From: Ascidiella aspersa
Taxonomy: Eukaryota
Direction of reading: 5' to 3'
Length of the DNA stretch: 64,000 nucleotides
Assembly: GCA_963924565.1 (NCBI GenBank)
Contig: OZ004612.1
Span: forward strand, 26,040,001 to 26,104,000
The position numbers were made by a program, and so were the translations under genes. The notes beneath the pieces were generated by a model, which saw only the letters and a list, made by a program, of their open reading frames with translations, did not search any database and was not told the DNA's origin. This document shows, one piece after another, positions 63,101-64,000 of this stretch. Numbering within the stretch: position 1 is the stretch's first letter; each line of letters begins with the position of its first letter.

Positions 63101-63464
63101 GCCACCCATTGCACCTCAAACTTGCGGGAACACACTTGCTCCTATCATCGCACATCTTTGCTCCTGGTTTACAAGTTGTGCAGTTTGCCTCATCACTCTT
63201 ATCGGAACAATTCCACCACCCGTCACACCACGTACTTTCAATAACACACTGCTTCCCATTATCACACTTCTTCGCTCCTGGTTTGCAAGTTGTACAGTTT
63301 GTCTCATCACTCTTATCGTCACAATTCTTCAACCCATCACAAACATCAGTTTGGTTGATACATTTCCCATCTGGCCTGCTACATTCGAACTGATCTCTGG
63401 CGCATCTTGCTTTAGCTCCTATACACAAGGCAAGCAGAGCAGAAACAAAAATTTGCAACTGCAT
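60135..63464 (-). CDS. Intronless LDLa-repeat GPCR, copy B
   Basis: Same architecture as copy A with 6 TTC-array repeats; 74 aa shorter = 2x38 minus two 1-aa insertions. Confidence 0.95.
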   Translation of the reverse strand: MQLQIFVSALLALCIGAKARCARDQFECSRPDGKCINQTDVCDGLKNCDDKSDETNCTTCKPGAKKCDNGKQCVIESTWCDGWWNCSDKSDEANCTTCKPGAKMCDDRSKCVPASLRCNGWQTCDDLSDETNCTTCKPGAQKCDDGRQCVHASIWCNGRRGCIDFSDETNCTTCKPGAKKCDDGKQCILTSWWCDGWKGCNDWSDETNCTTTCKSGEKKCDDGKQCVSESLWCNGWNNCYDWSDEINCTTCKPGVKKCDNERRCLRACSLCDGLQNCNDWSDETNCSSCGSGLVHCNDGLQCVREQHLCDSGPPRCLDVSDKWFCGACQQQVADGRIQCVGRMEPCDDRRVFVRGKWVSVTYCFNETSKSKYQAIHNTTCRQLMGPCEGRRDRVCNGQWVCEQGTHTSLTRCSNGNLISTHEYCDNQHIRCNDDEIETGLGFKCSGTVRTGICVLPQINIYDDEPQCADRSDLCFVDGQFVCFLCLDKRLVVSQQQVCNGVPDCYDLSDECLCDDQTVCHNILGDARDTCPPNQMHCHNASDCVNMDKALCNPEVKCAGESNMKHCGLAQDKGEEDRIFCRPNYYSPFTRATKCDGRPECYDMEDECNGCEPRPKFCNVDCMGIRARFGDACKGVYVSTYSCDERGLCPKRHECASGALSSIDVNNFCDGIVDCDDGSDEHETRCSETRFYCRNGKPLSVDINLVEDGFPQCSDGSDECPPISKRSSTFSNQKEMIANPVYRAFFWIMGLAAGIGNLAVVVITIRDIVNKKNAENFTKSTYIFLLSLAPADFLMGIYLIAISIKGLQFSGDYCSFDAIWRTSISCCMLGMLCVLATMASSGTMAVMTAFRLVTVYKPFITRTMELKGIYISCACVWLFAFLFSLLPVFDYSSGYFVSHVWFSSRFFKTNQVPKQKMVDLANNINPHNLTSPYWHDVTQTISKTFPNQPIKGIFGYYGETSVCMPRLFASTNDASWQYSVFLITFNFLLFIFMLVAYILIYIQSNKMAKSKNEQPNSEMQKRISRLLITDFCCWIPMCVLAYLAVSGIPLPNDVYLISAGIFLPINSALNPLLYSTLIDRCTVRLKKLKKNKFPTISRNKEGNVIAESQL

Positions 63465-64000
63465 GTTATCAGTTTCCAAAATCTCGTGTTAAACTTCTAG
63501 TGAAAATATAACGGTTTAATCGTTAACGAATTTCCACGACTAAAGGTCAACAACAATATGGCAAGAAAACCCATATATTTTGTGTCTCGTATTTTGTTTG
63601 TACCAAACGTATTCAATAATGTTGGAAATTTGTTTTAAAATGTATATAAATGAAACATGTTTAGTCTAAACCTTGCACTCCGCAAATAATGGAGTAGCAG
63701 TCTCTTATCGTATTTGTTATTTGTAAACAAGTTGCTAAATTTAGTGATTGGTAAATCATAGAACTTAATTTTTAACAGAACATGAAATACAAGGACGTCG
63801 AAACGTCGATTGATTATAAAAAACTGCTGGATAAGCAACACTCGAATATACATTATGCCTGGCAGCAATAGCTTATTTCATAAAATACAATGTTAACCTA
63901 TAACACCTCAGCTAATCACATACATTGCTATGAAACAATTTAAACTTCACTGAAATGCTGCGCTAATGAGAAAAAGGTAAACAAAACCATAGCTAACGTC

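Larger units (their letters stand above)
46534..64000. repeat. ~10.2-kb tandem segmental duplication (satellite + GPCR + upstream region)
   Basis: AACGTGCTCACGACGCTTTATTA at ~46534 and ~56736; window end 64000 aligns to ~55483. Confidence 0.95.

Noticed and set aside
52610-63393. Overlapping and antisense ORFs within the GPCRs and GNATs
   Set aside because: Shadow frames of real coding sequence

Overview
AT-rich invertebrate nuclear DNA, most consistent with an ascidian tunicate (inferred from the gene families present, not proven). From left to right: (1) the 5' half of an apparently intact Mag-like Ty3/Gypsy LTR retrotransposon, antisense in an intron of (2) a five-exon 3' gene end, absent from the ORF track, encoding an FN3-like + TM + Cys-tail type I membrane protein; (3) a ~3.3-3.5 kb tandem duplication carrying a copy-specific solo LTR; (4) seven single-coding-exon insect-type arylalkylamine N-acetyltransferase-like GNAT paralogs (5 intact, 1 frameshifted, 1 truncated), all with the catalytic DEP motif replaced by QHP; (5) a decayed hAT transposase, a Sulfotransfer_4-like fragment, Penelope-type hammerhead remnants and many hAT MITEs; (6) a ~10.2 kb tandem duplication, each copy holding a ~1.25 kb-unit satellite and an intronless LDLa-repeat GPCR without LRRs. 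The strongest novelty candidate is the N-terminal 38-aa LDLa array of these GPCRs: it varies in copy number, is chimeric, and is hypervariable at fixed positions while the rest of the two receptors is about 96% identical. All alignments and counts were made by eye.
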